NCBI GenBank assembly: GCA_964437495.1
Contig: CAYTGV010000006.1
Coordinates: 18,529-82,528, forward strand
Source of the DNA: an uncultured Planctomycetia bacterium
Lineage (GTDB): Bacteria > Omnitrophota > Gorgyraeia > B26-G9
Length of the DNA: 64,000 nucleotides
Direction of reading: 5' to 3'
This document shows, one piece after another, positions 48,430 to 58,793 of the stretch (positions are counted from its first letter, which is position 1; every line of letters begins with the position of its first letter). The notes beneath the pieces are model-generated. The model ran no database searches. It was not told where the DNA came from and saw only the letters and a program-made list of their open reading frames with translations. The position numbers and the translations under genes are program-made.

Positions 48430-48945
48430 TTAAGTTGGATTGTATTTTACAATCTTAGTTTCAAATGTCTCTAAACTCTCTTTACCTTTAAAACTCCAGC
48501 GTACAGTCAATTTAATATCTTTTGTATTTGATATCCCTGGGGCACTGACCACGATACTGTATGAGAAGCCCCCATAGTCAGTGTCATCTAAATATAAGCC
48601 GCCGGTATCATAGGCATCAGCAGCTGTTATATCGTCAAAGCTTGCTGCTCTAATTTCCTCAATATGCTTTTTAGCTATTAAAGCAGATATTGTCAAATCC
48701 GCTGCTTTTTTTGAAGCATCCAGGGCAACCGGTAAATAACCCATAACAGCAACCAAGCCAACACCTAAAATCGTTAGGGCAATCAGTATCTCAATTAAGG
48801 TAAATCCCCTTAGAGATTTTGGGACTCTAACAATATTATACAATAACGGTATTTTCAAACCAACTTCGCCTTTATTAGATATCTTCCCCCAATGATTAGA
48901 ATCCTTAGCCTTCTCTAATGGGGTAAAAACTCTTTTTTTATACAT
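48430..48945 (-). CDS. Type IV minor pilin/pseudopilin (PilV/GspI-like) with an extended leader
   Basis: Class III signal G|FTLIEILIALTILGVGLV with Glu5, a short mature domain, and C-terminal I.LTV.W. Confidence 0.88.
   Translation of the reverse strand: MYKKRVFTPLEKAKDSNHWGKISNKGEVGLKIPLLYNIVRVPKSLRGFTLIEILIALTILGVGLVAVMGYLPVALDASKKAADLTISALIAKKHIEEIRAASFDDITAADAYDTGGLYLDDTDYGGFSYSIVVSAPGISNTKDIKLTVRWSFKGKESLETFETKIVKYNPT
48805..48927. mobile_element. 123-bp MITE-like in-frame insertion in the prepilin leader
   Basis: Inverted arms 48804-48816 and 48912-48924 (11/13). Direct repeat GGTAAA at 48799-48804 and 48922-48927, exactly 123 bp (41 codons) apart. Confidence 0.72.
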
Positions 48946-48977
48946 CGCTAATTTTTATCTTAACAGATCAAGATACC

Positions 48978-51035
48978 TTAATGAACCTCTTCTTTTTCCA
49001 CAACCTTTGACTGGCTGATAATTTTTTCAGTCTGCTTACTCGGCACTTCCTCATAATGCGAAAAGCTCATTGAATAAGATCCACGCCCCTGAGTCATAGA
49101 ACGCAAATCAGTTGCATAGCGCAGCATTTCAGAAAGCGGTACCTGTGCCTTTACCATTTCATTTTTCCCGAGCTGTTCCATCCCCTGAACTCTTCCCCTT
49201 CGCGAGCTTAAGTCTCCGTTGATCGCCCCCATATATTCAGGCCCAATAACTACTTCCACATGCATCACTGGTTCAATAAGAACAGGGTTTGCCTCAAGAA
49301 TCCCCTCTTTTAAAGCCATGCCGGCAGCTATTTGAAAGGCCATATCCGAGGAATCTACATTATGATAAGAGCCGTCATAAAGTGTAACTTGGATATCAAC
49401 CAGTGGATATCCGGCAATAATGCCTTCAGTCATTTTTTTGCGCACGCCTTTTTCTACAGAGGGAATATATTGTCTAGGTACTGAACCGCCTACAATCTTG
49501 TCCACAAATTCAAAATCCCCACCTCTGGGAAGAGGCGCAATCTCAAGCCAGACATCGCCATACTGCCCGCGTCCGCCGGATTGTTTTTTATATTTATGGT
49601 GAGCCTTAACTGTTTTCTTTATCGTCTCTTTATAAGCAACTTTCGGGGTTCCTACATCCACCTCAACATGATAACGGCTTTTTAATCTTTCAATGGCAAT
49701 CTCAAGATGCATATCACCCATGCCGGAAAGAATCAATTCCTTTGTTTGCGGATTCCGGGTTACCCGAATCCCCTTATCCTCAGTAGTCATCTTTGACAAA
49801 GCATGAGAAATTTTTTCTTCATCCTGTCTTGTTTTAGGTTTAAGCGAAAAAGAGATCGAGGGTTCCATAGAACGGCCCAATACAAACAATGCCTTGTCCT
49901 TGGCTGTACCCATCGAATCACCTGTATGTGTATCCTTTAATTTGGCCACTGCTCCAATATCTCCTGAGGCCACGATATCCACCGGTAGCTGCTCTTTACC
50001 CTGCAGCACATAAAGCTGGCCAAAACGCTCGGCTGTGCCGGTTGTAACATTAAAAAAATCTGTATTTGAACTAATGCTTCCGGAAATCACTTTGAATACA
50101 CTCAGCTGTCCCACATAAGGGTCAGATATTGTTTTAAACACATATCCTGTGAAAGGCTGATCAACTTTAGTAAGCACTTCCTTCGGCTCTTTTGTCTCGG
50201 GATCTAGTGCCTCTACCTTTCCCAAAGCAGACGGCGAAGGAAAGTAATTTACAATCTTCTCGATCAATTCCTTTACCCCAAACCCGCCTATAGAATTACC
50301 GCAAAAAATCGGGATCACCGCTCTATCTCTAAACGCAATCTTAAAAACCCGGCAGATCTCATCCTGTGATAATTCTTCACCATTAAGATACTTTTCAACC
50401 ATTACATCATCAGCAACTGCCACGATTTCAATAAATGCCTCGCGAAATTTTTCCGCTTTTGCCTTTTCATCATCAGAGAGCTGATCCCAGCCTGCCTTAG
50501 TCAGCAAATTAGCCACTCCCTTAAAGCCAGCTTCTTTTCCTATCGGTAGAAATAGGGGCGTGCACTGTTTCCCGAATTCCTTTCTAATCGACTCAACTGT
50601 ATTATAAAAATCCGCATTCTCTTTATCAAGTTTACTTATATATATAGCCCTGGGCATTTTTGCCTCATCAAGAATTCCCCATGCCCTTTGCGTCCCCACC
50701 TCGATTCCATCAGGCGCTCCAATAACAACTATAGCCACATCTGCCGCAGGAACTGCATTGCGCAGCTCCATGATAAAATCAGCATATCCGGGAGTATCAA
50801 TAATATTAATTTTCGTCTTGCCAGAAATACAATGCAAGACAGAAGCATTTATAGAGATTTTGTGATTTATCTCTATGGGATCGAAATCGCTGATGGAATT
50901 ACCCTCATCAACGCGTCCAAGCCGGCTTACCTGTTGGCAATTAAAAAGCATTGCATCTGCTAAAGATGTTTTACCTGCACCACTGTGAGAAACCAATGCA
51001 ACATTGCGAACAGTACTTTCAGAATATCTTTCCAT
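48978..51035 (-). CDS. fusA2: Elongation factor G-like protein (EF-G2 paralogue)
   Basis: RNVALVSHSGAGKTS, DTPGY.DF, GMGDMHL, KKQSGGRGQYG, DGSYH.VDSS, LRSMTQGR. Outside a str operon with divergent switch motifs. Start at MERY with an AAGGAGG RBS. Confidence 0.9.
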   Translation of the reverse strand: MERYSESTVRNVALVSHSGAGKTSLADAMLFNCQQVSRLGRVDEGNSISDFDPIEINHKISINASVLHCISGKTKINIIDTPGYADFIMELRNAVPAADVAIVVIGAPDGIEVGTQRAWGILDEAKMPRAIYISKLDKENADFYNTVESIRKEFGKQCTPLFLPIGKEAGFKGVANLLTKAGWDQLSDDEKAKAEKFREAFIEIVAVADDVMVEKYLNGEELSQDEICRVFKIAFRDRAVIPIFCGNSIGGFGVKELIEKIVNYFPSPSALGKVEALDPETKEPKEVLTKVDQPFTGYVFKTISDPYVGQLSVFKVISGSISSNTDFFNVTTGTAERFGQLYVLQGKEQLPVDIVASGDIGAVAKLKDTHTGDSMGTAKDKALFVLGRSMEPSISFSLKPKTRQDEEKISHALSKMTTEDKGIRVTRNPQTKELILSGMGDMHLEIAIERLKSRYHVEVDVGTPKVAYKETIKKTVKAHHKYKKQSGGRGQYGDVWLEIAPLPRGGDFEFVDKIVGGSVPRQYIPSVEKGVRKKMTEGIIAGYPLVDIQVTLYDGSYHNVDSSDMAFQIAAGMALKEGILEANPVLIEPVMHVEVVIGPEYMGAINGDLSSRRGRVQGMEQLGKNEMVKAQVPLSEMLRYATDLRSMTQGRGSYSMSFSHYEEVPSKQTEKIISQSKVVEKEEVH

Positions 51036-51096
51036 TCTTGAGACCTCCTTCTGAGTATATAAGTTAGGCAGCAATTCAGTTTAAAACGATCTTGAT

Positions 51097-52626
51097 CTAT
51101 TTTTTCCCCAGTTCCAGCATTCTTTGCTTTGGATCCACCTTCCATGAGCTTGAGGCGGCAAAAAGAGCCATAAAAACAGTTATAAATATCCAGTCCCTGC
51201 CGATAATAATCACTGCCAGGCGCGAGTAATTACCATAAGGCGAGGTGATTTCCTCAAATATCGTAGTCATAAGCAAGGCCAACAGTATAAGCGGCGCGAT
51301 CACCTTAACCGAAGTATCCCACCACCATTTCTTAAGCTCTAAAACACTATAATGATTAACATGTTCTCTGAGTTTTTTTGCCTTAAAAACCCAACCGACA
51401 AGTAAACACTCTAGTATCGCCGCAATGACAATCCCGTAATGTGTAACAAAATGATCTACAATATCAAGCCATAACAATCCGGCTCTGGTAGTAAATATCA
51501 TTCCCCCCAGAAATCCGAGTACAGACAGCACTGAAACCACGACTTTACGTGTATAATGAAATTTATCGATAATCGCAGATGTTATCCCCTCTAAAATAGA
51601 TATTCCTGAGGAAAGACCGGCAATAACCAAAATCGCAAAAAATATCAATCCAAATTCACGCGAAAATGCAGGCAGCATACTTATTGCCTTTGGATATACA
51701 ACAAAAGCAAGTCCTATAGATTCAGTCACAACTTCACTAATAGGCTGGTTTGTCGATTGGGCCATATAACCAAGCACAGAAAAAACTCCCAATCCGGCAA
51801 AAACCGAGAACAGGCAGTTGAACATGCAGATAATAAAAGAGTCTTTGACGATCTGGCTTTTTTTAGGCAGATAAGATGCATATGCAAGAATCACGCCAAA
51901 GCCAAGGCTTAGCGAAAAAAATATCTGGCTAAACGCATCCATCCAGACTCTGATATCCCTAAGCTTTGAGAACTGTGGCCTAAGATATAAAGAAATTCCG
52001 GCTCCGGCACCAGGCAGTCGCATACTCCATATAACAATAGTCGCGCTCAGCACAATCAAAAGCGGCATAAATATCTTATTAGCCCGCTCAAGGCCCTTCT
52101 GAACTCCAAAAAAAACAATAAGCCACTGAAAGAACCAAACCAGCATCAGGCTGAAAAGTATCGGAGTTCTAAGATCGCCAATATCAAAAGGGCTGGCACT
52201 GGTCATAAGAAATTTTTGAAAGAAGAATGTGTTTGGATCACTAGTCCAGGCGCCGGAAAAAGCAAAGAAGAAATAATTCACACACCAGGAAATAATCACC
52301 GCATAATAAAGCAGGATACCCACCATTCCCAATATTACCTGCCACCAGCCGACCCATTCCCATTTTTTGTCAATACTGGCAACTGATGCCGGAGCAGAAC
52401 CGCGCATTTTATGCCCCAAGGCTATCTCCAGGATCATCAAAGGAATACCAACAATAAATAAGGCAATAAAGTAAGGTAAAAGAAATGCGCCGCCGCCGTT
52501 TTTATAACATAAATAGGGGAAACGCCATATATTTCCCAGTCCAACAGCCGAACCTATAGCTGCCAGTAAAAAACCTAAATGGGTTTTCCACTGAGGCCGA
52601 TGGTGGGTAAAAACATCTTTACTCAT
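51097..52626 (-). CDS. Sodium-dependent NSS/SNF family transporter
   Basis: R.QW....GFLLAAIGSAVGLGNIWRFPY..Y.NGGGAF, QIFFSLSLGFG, GLAFVVYP. Confidence 0.95.
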   Translation of the reverse strand: MSKDVFTHHRPQWKTHLGFLLAAIGSAVGLGNIWRFPYLCYKNGGGAFLLPYFIALFIVGIPLMILEIALGHKMRGSAPASVASIDKKWEWVGWWQVILGMVGILLYYAVIISWCVNYFFFAFSGAWTSDPNTFFFQKFLMTSASPFDIGDLRTPILFSLMLVWFFQWLIVFFGVQKGLERANKIFMPLLIVLSATIVIWSMRLPGAGAGISLYLRPQFSKLRDIRVWMDAFSQIFFSLSLGFGVILAYASYLPKKSQIVKDSFIICMFNCLFSVFAGLGVFSVLGYMAQSTNQPISEVVTESIGLAFVVYPKAISMLPAFSREFGLIFFAILVIAGLSSGISILEGITSAIIDKFHYTRKVVVSVLSVLGFLGGMIFTTRAGLLWLDIVDHFVTHYGIVIAAILECLLVGWVFKAKKLREHVNHYSVLELKKWWWDTSVKVIAPLILLALLMTTIFEEITSPYGNYSRLAVIIIGRDWIFITVFMALFAASSSWKVDPKQRMLELGKK

Positions 52627-52686
52627 GTAAATTCATCTCCGTAAGTTTATATTTGTAGAGATTTTAACCATAGGGATATAGAGTTA

Positions 52687-52715
52687 AATATAGCAAAAAA
52701 ACGCAAAAAGGTCAA
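52687..52715 (-). promoter_or_regulatory. Sigma70-type promoter for the NSS transporter
   Basis: TTGACC-17 nt-TATATT with extended TG. Confidence 0.6.
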
Positions 52716-52750
52716 TCCCAGATTTAAAATCAAAAAAACAGCCCAAAAGT

Positions 52751-53072
52751 GGGAGTGATGAAAAATGGATCATTCTTAATTAAGTTGAATAAATTTCTAT
52801 AACTCAATAATTTACAAGTTATTAAAACAAATTAAGAATGCCCCATGATTACACAGATTATTAAAAGATTACGGAGATTAATTTATATTAGTATATCTCT
52901 GTAATCGGTTTTTTTTATCTCTGAAATCAGGTTCTTTCAATCAACTTAAATAAGAAAGAACCGAAAAAGGTACAAATATAAGACATTTGGGAACGAGCGC
53001 AAAGATGTACAAATGTACGTCGCACAAGCGAGTGAGCAAATAACGTAGTAGATGTGCGTTTTGCAACAGCCC
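52751..53072. mobile_element. Nested MITE-like elements
   Basis: Outer ends GGGAGTGATGAAAAA / TTTTGCAACAGCCC. Inner element 52767-52962 has 22-bp inverted ends (19/22) flanked by GAAAAAT/GAAAAAG. Innermost GATTACNNAGAT repeats face ATCTCTGWAATC repeats. Confidence 0.6.
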
Positions 53073-55154
53073 CTAGCGGGCAGAAAGAAGTTCCTGGTTC
53101 TGGGGAAACCTGTTAAACATTTCGCGGATTATTAGATTATCATTTTGATCTTTTATCTGGGGATTTTGCTCAACCAGGGCAAATGCAGCTTTGCGGGCCT
53201 CAAGCAACAACTCCCGATCATTCAGGATATCCGCTATCTTCAACTCAGGCAGACCATGTTGTTTTGTGCCAAAAAATTCACCCGGGCCTCGGATCAAAAG
53301 GTCCATCTCAGCGATTTTAAAACCATCTGTAGTACTAGTCATTGCCGAAAGCCGTTTTTTTGCATCTTCTGTTTTCGCCTCTGATAGCAACACGCAATAA
53401 GATTGTTTTTTTCCTCTGCCTACCCTGCCTCTTAGCTGATGCAGCTGGCTAAGACCAAATCGTTCTGCATGTTCTATAAGTATAATTGAGGCATTAGGTA
53501 CATCAATTCCAACTTCAATAACTGTTGTTGCCACAAGAATATCTATTTTTCCTGTTTTGAATAATTGCATTACCTCTTTTTTTTCCGCATCTTTCATTTT
53601 GCCGTGTATCAGTCCTACCTTGGCCTCAGGAAAGATATCCCTTTTAAAATGCACATACATCTTTGTCGCTGCCTTTAGATCAAGCATTTTTGATTGCTCT
53701 ACTACTGGGTAGACAACATAAACCTGATTATTTTCTTTAATCTTTTTCTTCAGGAATACATAGAAATCCCTTCTTTTTTTCTCACTTATCCAGTAAGTCT
53801 CCACAGGTATTCTTCCCGGAGGAAGCTCTCGTATTGTCGAGATGTCCATATCTCCATATACTGTAATTGCTAGGGTTCTAGGTATGGGAGTTGCGCTAAT
53901 AACCAGAACCTCAGGAGCATTGCCTTTTTTCTGTAGTTTAACTCTTTGCATCACACCGAATTTATGCTGTTCATCCACAATTATCAGGCCTAATTTTCTC
54001 CAAATAACCGCATCTTGTATAAGAGCATGCGTGCCGATAATAATATCCACTTTTTGTTCGGCAATCTGCCGGATCATTTCTTCTTTTTCCTTTTTCTTCA
54101 TTCCGCTGACAAGCAGCACCACTTGTATACCCAGGGGATCAAGCATTGTCTTAATACTCTGATAATGCTGTCTGGCAAGTATTTCCGTTGGCGCCATTAA
54201 TGCTGCCTGATATTTATCCCCCACGCAACCAACCATCGCCCAAACGCTGACAATCGTCTTTCCGCTGCCAACATCCCCCTGTAAAAGCCGGTTCATGGGC
54301 TTGCGATTATGCATATCTGCTTTAATATCTTTTATTACATCCCTTTGATCCCGGGTCAACTCAAAAGGCAGATTCTTGGCAAATTTATCAAGCAGTTTTC
54401 CGCTCATCTCAAATTTTATACCCTTAATATTTTCTTTCATATCCTGCTTTTTTAAGGCAATTGCCAGCTGTAAAAGAAATAACTCATCATAGATCAATCT
54501 TTTCCTGGCATTTCCCAGCTGATTAAAATCATTTGGAAAATGTATATTCAGCAAGGCCTGTTTAATACCGCATAACTCGTTTTTTTTTAAAATACTCTCA
54601 GGCAAAAATTCAATAACCTCATCAATATAAGTATCCAGAGTACGTTTTATCAGAGACCTAATATAGCGCTGATACACATCAGTACTAAGGGAATAAATCG
54701 GGACTATTCGTCCCGTATGAGTTGTATCCTCATCATCGCTTTTTAATATTTCATATTCAGGTGAGTTTATCTGCAGTTTTGAATATCGGTCGACTTTGCC
54801 ATGTAATATCACATCGTCGTTCATTTTGAAGACATTTTTCATATACGGCTGATTAAACCATGTTCCATAAACCACACCGCTATCATCGCCTAAGGCTATC
54901 TGAAAGATAGTTTTCCTTCCCCGCAAGTGCCTAAGGCCCATAGTCAGTACGCGTCCGCGAACAGTTTCCACACTGTCAACACTAAGCTTATTGATTTTTT
55001 TTAGATTACTTCTATCTTCATACCTGCGCGGAAAATAGAAAAGCAGATCACGTATATTGAAAATATTGAGTTTATTTAAGTGTTGTATTTTTTTAGGACC
55101 TACACCTTTTATAAATTGTGCAGATTGAATAAGGATTTGATTGTTTTTAGCCAT
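53073..55154 (-). CDS. recG: ATP-dependent DNA helicase RecG
   Basis: KGVGP, PRRYEDR, MNRLLQGDVGSGKT, APTEILA.QH, DEQHKFGV, ATPIPRT, QLHQLRGRVGRG, DL..RGPGE. Confidence 0.98.
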   Translation of the reverse strand: MAKNNQILIQSAQFIKGVGPKKIQHLNKLNIFNIRDLLFYFPRRYEDRSNLKKINKLSVDSVETVRGRVLTMGLRHLRGRKTIFQIALGDDSGVVYGTWFNQPYMKNVFKMNDDVILHGKVDRYSKLQINSPEYEILKSDDEDTTHTGRIVPIYSLSTDVYQRYIRSLIKRTLDTYIDEVIEFLPESILKKNELCGIKQALLNIHFPNDFNQLGNARKRLIYDELFLLQLAIALKKQDMKENIKGIKFEMSGKLLDKFAKNLPFELTRDQRDVIKDIKADMHNRKPMNRLLQGDVGSGKTIVSVWAMVGCVGDKYQAALMAPTEILARQHYQSIKTMLDPLGIQVVLLVSGMKKKEKEEMIRQIAEQKVDIIIGTHALIQDAVIWRKLGLIIVDEQHKFGVMQRVKLQKKGNAPEVLVISATPIPRTLAITVYGDMDISTIRELPPGRIPVETYWISEKKRRDFYVFLKKKIKENNQVYVVYPVVEQSKMLDLKAATKMYVHFKRDIFPEAKVGLIHGKMKDAEKKEVMQLFKTGKIDILVATTVIEVGIDVPNASIILIEHAERFGLSQLHQLRGRVGRGKKQSYCVLLSEAKTEDAKKRLSAMTSTTDGFKIAEMDLLIRGPGEFFGTKQHGLPELKIADILNDRELLLEARKAAFALVEQNPQIKDQNDNLIIREMFNRFPQNQELLSAR

Positions 55155-56388
55155 TAGCTACTATTCGGAGAAATTTCTTTTTCCCAACCTTAAAAAGATA
55201 TTCCTTCTCCGGTACAGGAAGTTCAAGGTTAGCATCAGTTAAAGCCCTGCCGTCAAGTACAACTGCTTTTTGCTGGATAAGGCGTCTGGCATCAGAATTA
55301 CTTTTACAGGCACCTGCTAAGGTAAGCATTTTACATACCCAGAGTTTATTGCCTGTCCATTGAGACCTGTCCAAATTTACCTCTTCAAAATTATCAGTAT
55401 CGTCCCAGTTAGTACCACCGCTAAAGCGGCTGTTGAATGTCTGAGCGGCTTTTTCAGATTCTTCATCGCTATAATAACATTTGGTTATAAGCAGGGCGAG
55501 ATTTTCCTTGCATTTTTTTGGGTGAAGAGTCCCTGCTGCAATATCACTCTTAAATTTCTTTATCTCTGCCATAGGCATATCTGTAAGCAGTTCATAATAG
55601 CGGTACATAAGCTCATCAGAGATAGACATTAATTTCGCGTACATCACATCAGCCGGCTCATCAATGCCCACATAATTATTAAGGCTTTTGCTCATCTTCT
55701 GCACGCCGTCAAGGCCTTCCAAAAGAGGCATCATCAGCACACACTGTTGCGCAACATTACAGTCTTTCTGCATCTGTCTTCCCACAAGCAGATTAAACTT
55801 CTGGTCTGTTCCGCCAAGCTCTATATCTGCCTTTAATTCCACGGAATCATAACCCTGCAGTAAAGGATACATAAATTCCAGAATACTGATATCCTGTCCC
55901 TTTGAATAACGCTTTTTAAAATCTTCTCTGGCAAGCATCTGGGCAACAGTCAGATGCGCACTCAGGCGCAGGAATTCATAAGGCGTAAATTTTTCAAACC
56001 AATGGCTGTTAAATACTGGCTGGATATCTTTTTTCAGGACTTTGCTCACCTGTATTTGATAGGTCTTTGCATTTTCCGCAACCTCTTCGCGGCTAAGCTG
56101 TTTCCTGAGCTCAGATTTACCGGTGGGATCTCCGATCATGCCGGTAAAGTCACCAATAAGAAACTTTATCTCATGTCCCAGATCATGGAACTGTTTGAGT
56201 TTGCGCAGTAATACAGTATGACCGATATGGATATCCGGAGCACTTGGGTCAAATCCAGCTTTTATAATAAGCGGCTTGCCGCTATCAAATGATTTTTGCA
56301 GTTTTGCAGTAAGCTCTTTTTCAGATATTAGCTCAATTGCCCCGCGCTTAATGATCTCTAACTGTTCAATAACAGGCCTAAACTTCAT
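55147..56388 (-). CDS. tyrS: Tyrosine--tRNA ligase
   Basis: GFDPSAPDIHIGH, IGDPTG, YPLLQGYDS, GGTDQ.FN, KMSKS, C-terminal S4 domain. Confidence 0.97.
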   Translation of the reverse strand: MKFRPVIEQLEIIKRGAIELISEKELTAKLQKSFDSGKPLIIKAGFDPSAPDIHIGHTVLLRKLKQFHDLGHEIKFLIGDFTGMIGDPTGKSELRKQLSREEVAENAKTYQIQVSKVLKKDIQPVFNSHWFEKFTPYEFLRLSAHLTVAQMLAREDFKKRYSKGQDISILEFMYPLLQGYDSVELKADIELGGTDQKFNLLVGRQMQKDCNVAQQCVLMMPLLEGLDGVQKMSKSLNNYVGIDEPADVMYAKLMSISDELMYRYYELLTDMPMAEIKKFKSDIAAGTLHPKKCKENLALLITKCYYSDEESEKAAQTFNSRFSGGTNWDDTDNFEEVNLDRSQWTGNKLWVCKMLTLAGACKSNSDARRLIQQKAVVLDGRALTDANLELPVPEKEYLFKVGKKKFLRIVANG

Positions 56389-56408
56389 TTCACCTTACCT
56401 TTTTGATT

Positions 56409-56437
56409 ATAATAACATACACTTGTTTTGTTGTCAA
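56409..56437 (-). promoter_or_regulatory. Sigma70-type promoter for tyrS
   Basis: TTGACA-17 nt-TATTAT with extended TG, about 20 nt upstream of the ATG. Confidence 0.7.
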
Positions 56438-56560
56438 TCGTCACTGAAACAAGGCCTCAGATATAAGAGATAAGACTCAAGACGCAGATTACCCGATAAG
56501 GTAATAGCGGGTATTGGCGAATTTATATGTTTTCTAAAAATATTCTATCATTTCTCTACC

Positions 56561-56927
56561 TCCCCTTTGAAACCAGGCATTATGTTTTTCTTTAAGTTAG
56601 GCGAATGGGCGCAGACAAGATGTCGTAGCGCCGTAAGGCCCGCCAAAAAAAGGCGAGGTCTCGCCGTCTTCCAGGCGGACAGAAGTGCCTTTTCGCCGGT
56701 AAATTTCCGTACTTTGAACCGGAAATTTATCCAGTAATCTAAACCATTAGAAATATGCAATAATTTCACAAGGATGTATTTAAAATGAGACCGTAACTTA
56801 CGGATTTTTTGTGGTAAGTTACATGATCGAATTTATCCCGCATGCTTTTAGTCGGGATCTTTGCTGACTTTATTTTAGACACCAAAAGAAAGTCAGGCTG
56901 GGGTCTAAGGAGCAGGCACAGCCCCTT
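56561..56927. repeat. Structured intergenic repeat D, copy 2
   Basis: Homologous to 31973-32283, with extra hairpins at ~56640-56679 and ~56700-56728. Confidence 0.9.
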
Positions 56928-56940
56928 TTAATATGACAAT

Positions 56941-56976
56941 AAAAAAAGCGGGAGGATTTTTATCCTCCCGCTTTTT
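56941..56976 (-). terminator. Intrinsic terminator after rpsA
   Basis: AAAAAGCGGGAGGAT / ATCCTCCCGCTTTTT stem with a U-tract. Confidence 0.92.
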
Positions 56977-56995
56977 GATTCTATACTAATACTGC

Positions 56996-58603
56996 TTACT
57001 TCATGCTAAGACCGATCTTTCTTTGTTCATTATCTACCTTAATAACCTTAGCATTGACCTTATCTCCTACTTTGAAGGAATCCTCGATATTCATTGACGG
57101 CTCCATATTTATTTCTGTAATATGAACCAGGCCTTCCAACTCTTTTTCGATCTCAACAAAGATACCGAAAGTAGTGATCTTTGTTATATGCCCTTCGACT
57201 TGCGTATCAACCGCATAACGCTCGGCAAATTCAGGCCAAGGATTTTCCGTAAGCTGTTTTAATCCAAGCGATATCTTATGATTCACTTCATCAACTGTCA
57301 GGATAACAACCTCTAGCTTCTGGCCTTTTTTAAGAAAATCAGATGGATTGTTGATTTTCTTTGTCCATGACATATCAGAGATATGGATCAATCCGTCAAT
57401 ACCCTCTTCCAACTCAATAAAGGCACCATAGTCAGTCAGGTTTCTAACCCGCCCTTTTACTTTTGAGCCTGAGATATATTTGGCACTAATTCCCTGCCAT
57501 GGATCGTTTTCAGTTTGCTTGATACCCAAGGCTATCTTCTGGTTATTAATATCTAAGTTAAGCACCACAGCCTCAACAATATCACCAATAGCCAGTATCT
57601 CCGATGGATGAGAAATACGTCTTGTCCATGAGAACTCAGAAATATGGATCAATCCTTCAACACCCTTTTCAAGCTCAATAAAAGCTCCATAAGGAACAAT
57701 ATTGACAACCTTACCTTTTATCTTTTCTCCCACAGGATATTTAGAATCAATACCAGTCCAGGGACTTGCCGTTTTTTGTTTTAAACCAAGAGAAATCTTG
57801 GTGCTTTCTGTATCTATATCCAGGATCTTAACCTCTATTGTATCCCCAATAGCCACCATTTCAGACGGATGTGATATACGTCCCCAGCTCATATCAGTAA
57901 TATGCAGCAATCCGTCAACTCCGCCAAGATCTATAAACACACCAAAATCAGCAATATTCTTAACCAGCCCGCTTCTGATCTGCCCTTTAGCAATCTCCTT
58001 AAGCAGACGTTCTTTATTTTCTTCTCTTTCCTTCATGAGAAGTTCTCTTCTAGATAATACAATATTCTTCCTAGGCTTATTCACCTTGACGATCATGAAT
58101 TCATAGGTCTTGCCAAGATGCTGATCGATATTATGAACTCCGCGCAGAGAAAGCTGTGAAGCAGGCAAAAAGGCATCAAGTCCAATATCGACCATCAGGC
58201 CTCCCTTTACTTTGCGATGTACCTTACCCTCAATAGTATCGCCCTCTTTATAGTTATTAATAATTCTTTCCCAGCCAAGAGTCCTGTCTGCTTTTCTTTT
58301 GGAGACAATAACCATACCATTCTCATCTTCTTTTGTCTCAAGCAAAACATTGATTTGGGCATCGATTATAACATCGGAGGGATCATCGAATTCATCGATA
58401 GTAAGAATACCTTCAGACTTGTAGCCAATATCCACAAGCACCTCTTTACCTGTAATACCGACTATTTTACCGCTTATTATTTCACCTTCTTTTAGTGTAA
58501 CTGTTGCCGTCTCATAAAACTTTTCAAGCTCCTTGGCAAAAACACTGTCCTTATTTTGTTCTAGATCATCCAGGTTGGGAAATTTTCTTTTTTTTCGTGA
58601 CAT
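56996..58603 (-). CDS. rpsA: 30S ribosomal protein S1
   Basis: Six S1 repeats (VDIG.KSEG, AFLPASQ, DGLLHITDMSW, EGLIHISE.SW and others). Confidence 0.97.
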   Translation of the reverse strand: MSRKKRKFPNLDDLEQNKDSVFAKELEKFYETATVTLKEGEIISGKIVGITGKEVLVDIGYKSEGILTIDEFDDPSDVIIDAQINVLLETKEDENGMVIVSKRKADRTLGWERIINNYKEGDTIEGKVHRKVKGGLMVDIGLDAFLPASQLSLRGVHNIDQHLGKTYEFMIVKVNKPRKNIVLSRRELLMKEREENKERLLKEIAKGQIRSGLVKNIADFGVFIDLGGVDGLLHITDMSWGRISHPSEMVAIGDTIEVKILDIDTESTKISLGLKQKTASPWTGIDSKYPVGEKIKGKVVNIVPYGAFIELEKGVEGLIHISEFSWTRRISHPSEILAIGDIVEAVVLNLDINNQKIALGIKQTENDPWQGISAKYISGSKVKGRVRNLTDYGAFIELEEGIDGLIHISDMSWTKKINNPSDFLKKGQKLEVVILTVDEVNHKISLGLKQLTENPWPEFAERYAVDTQVEGHITKITTFGIFVEIEKELEGLVHITEINMEPSMNIEDSFKVGDKVNAKVIKVDNEQRKIGLSMK

Positions 58604-58793
58604 TGCATTTACTACCTCCTTTTCATTATGTATACAGCTTATATTTATTTAATTTATAAGCCATACTGGGGAATTTTTCAGTTTCCCTTTTTCCAAGCTC
58701 AAATGTAGATTTTTGATCCTGGGTTTCTTTCCCCCAAGCTATAGCTCAAATTCAAATTTTATTTACAAAGTATAACAAATTATTATTTTTATA

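Noticed and set aside
56389-56995. T-box leader for tyrS; 73-aa ORF 56548-56769
   Set aside because: No GGUGG.ACC T-box motif, the tyrS promoter is only ~20 nt from the ATG, and the ORF lies inside repeat D, whose other copy has no matching ORF in the track.
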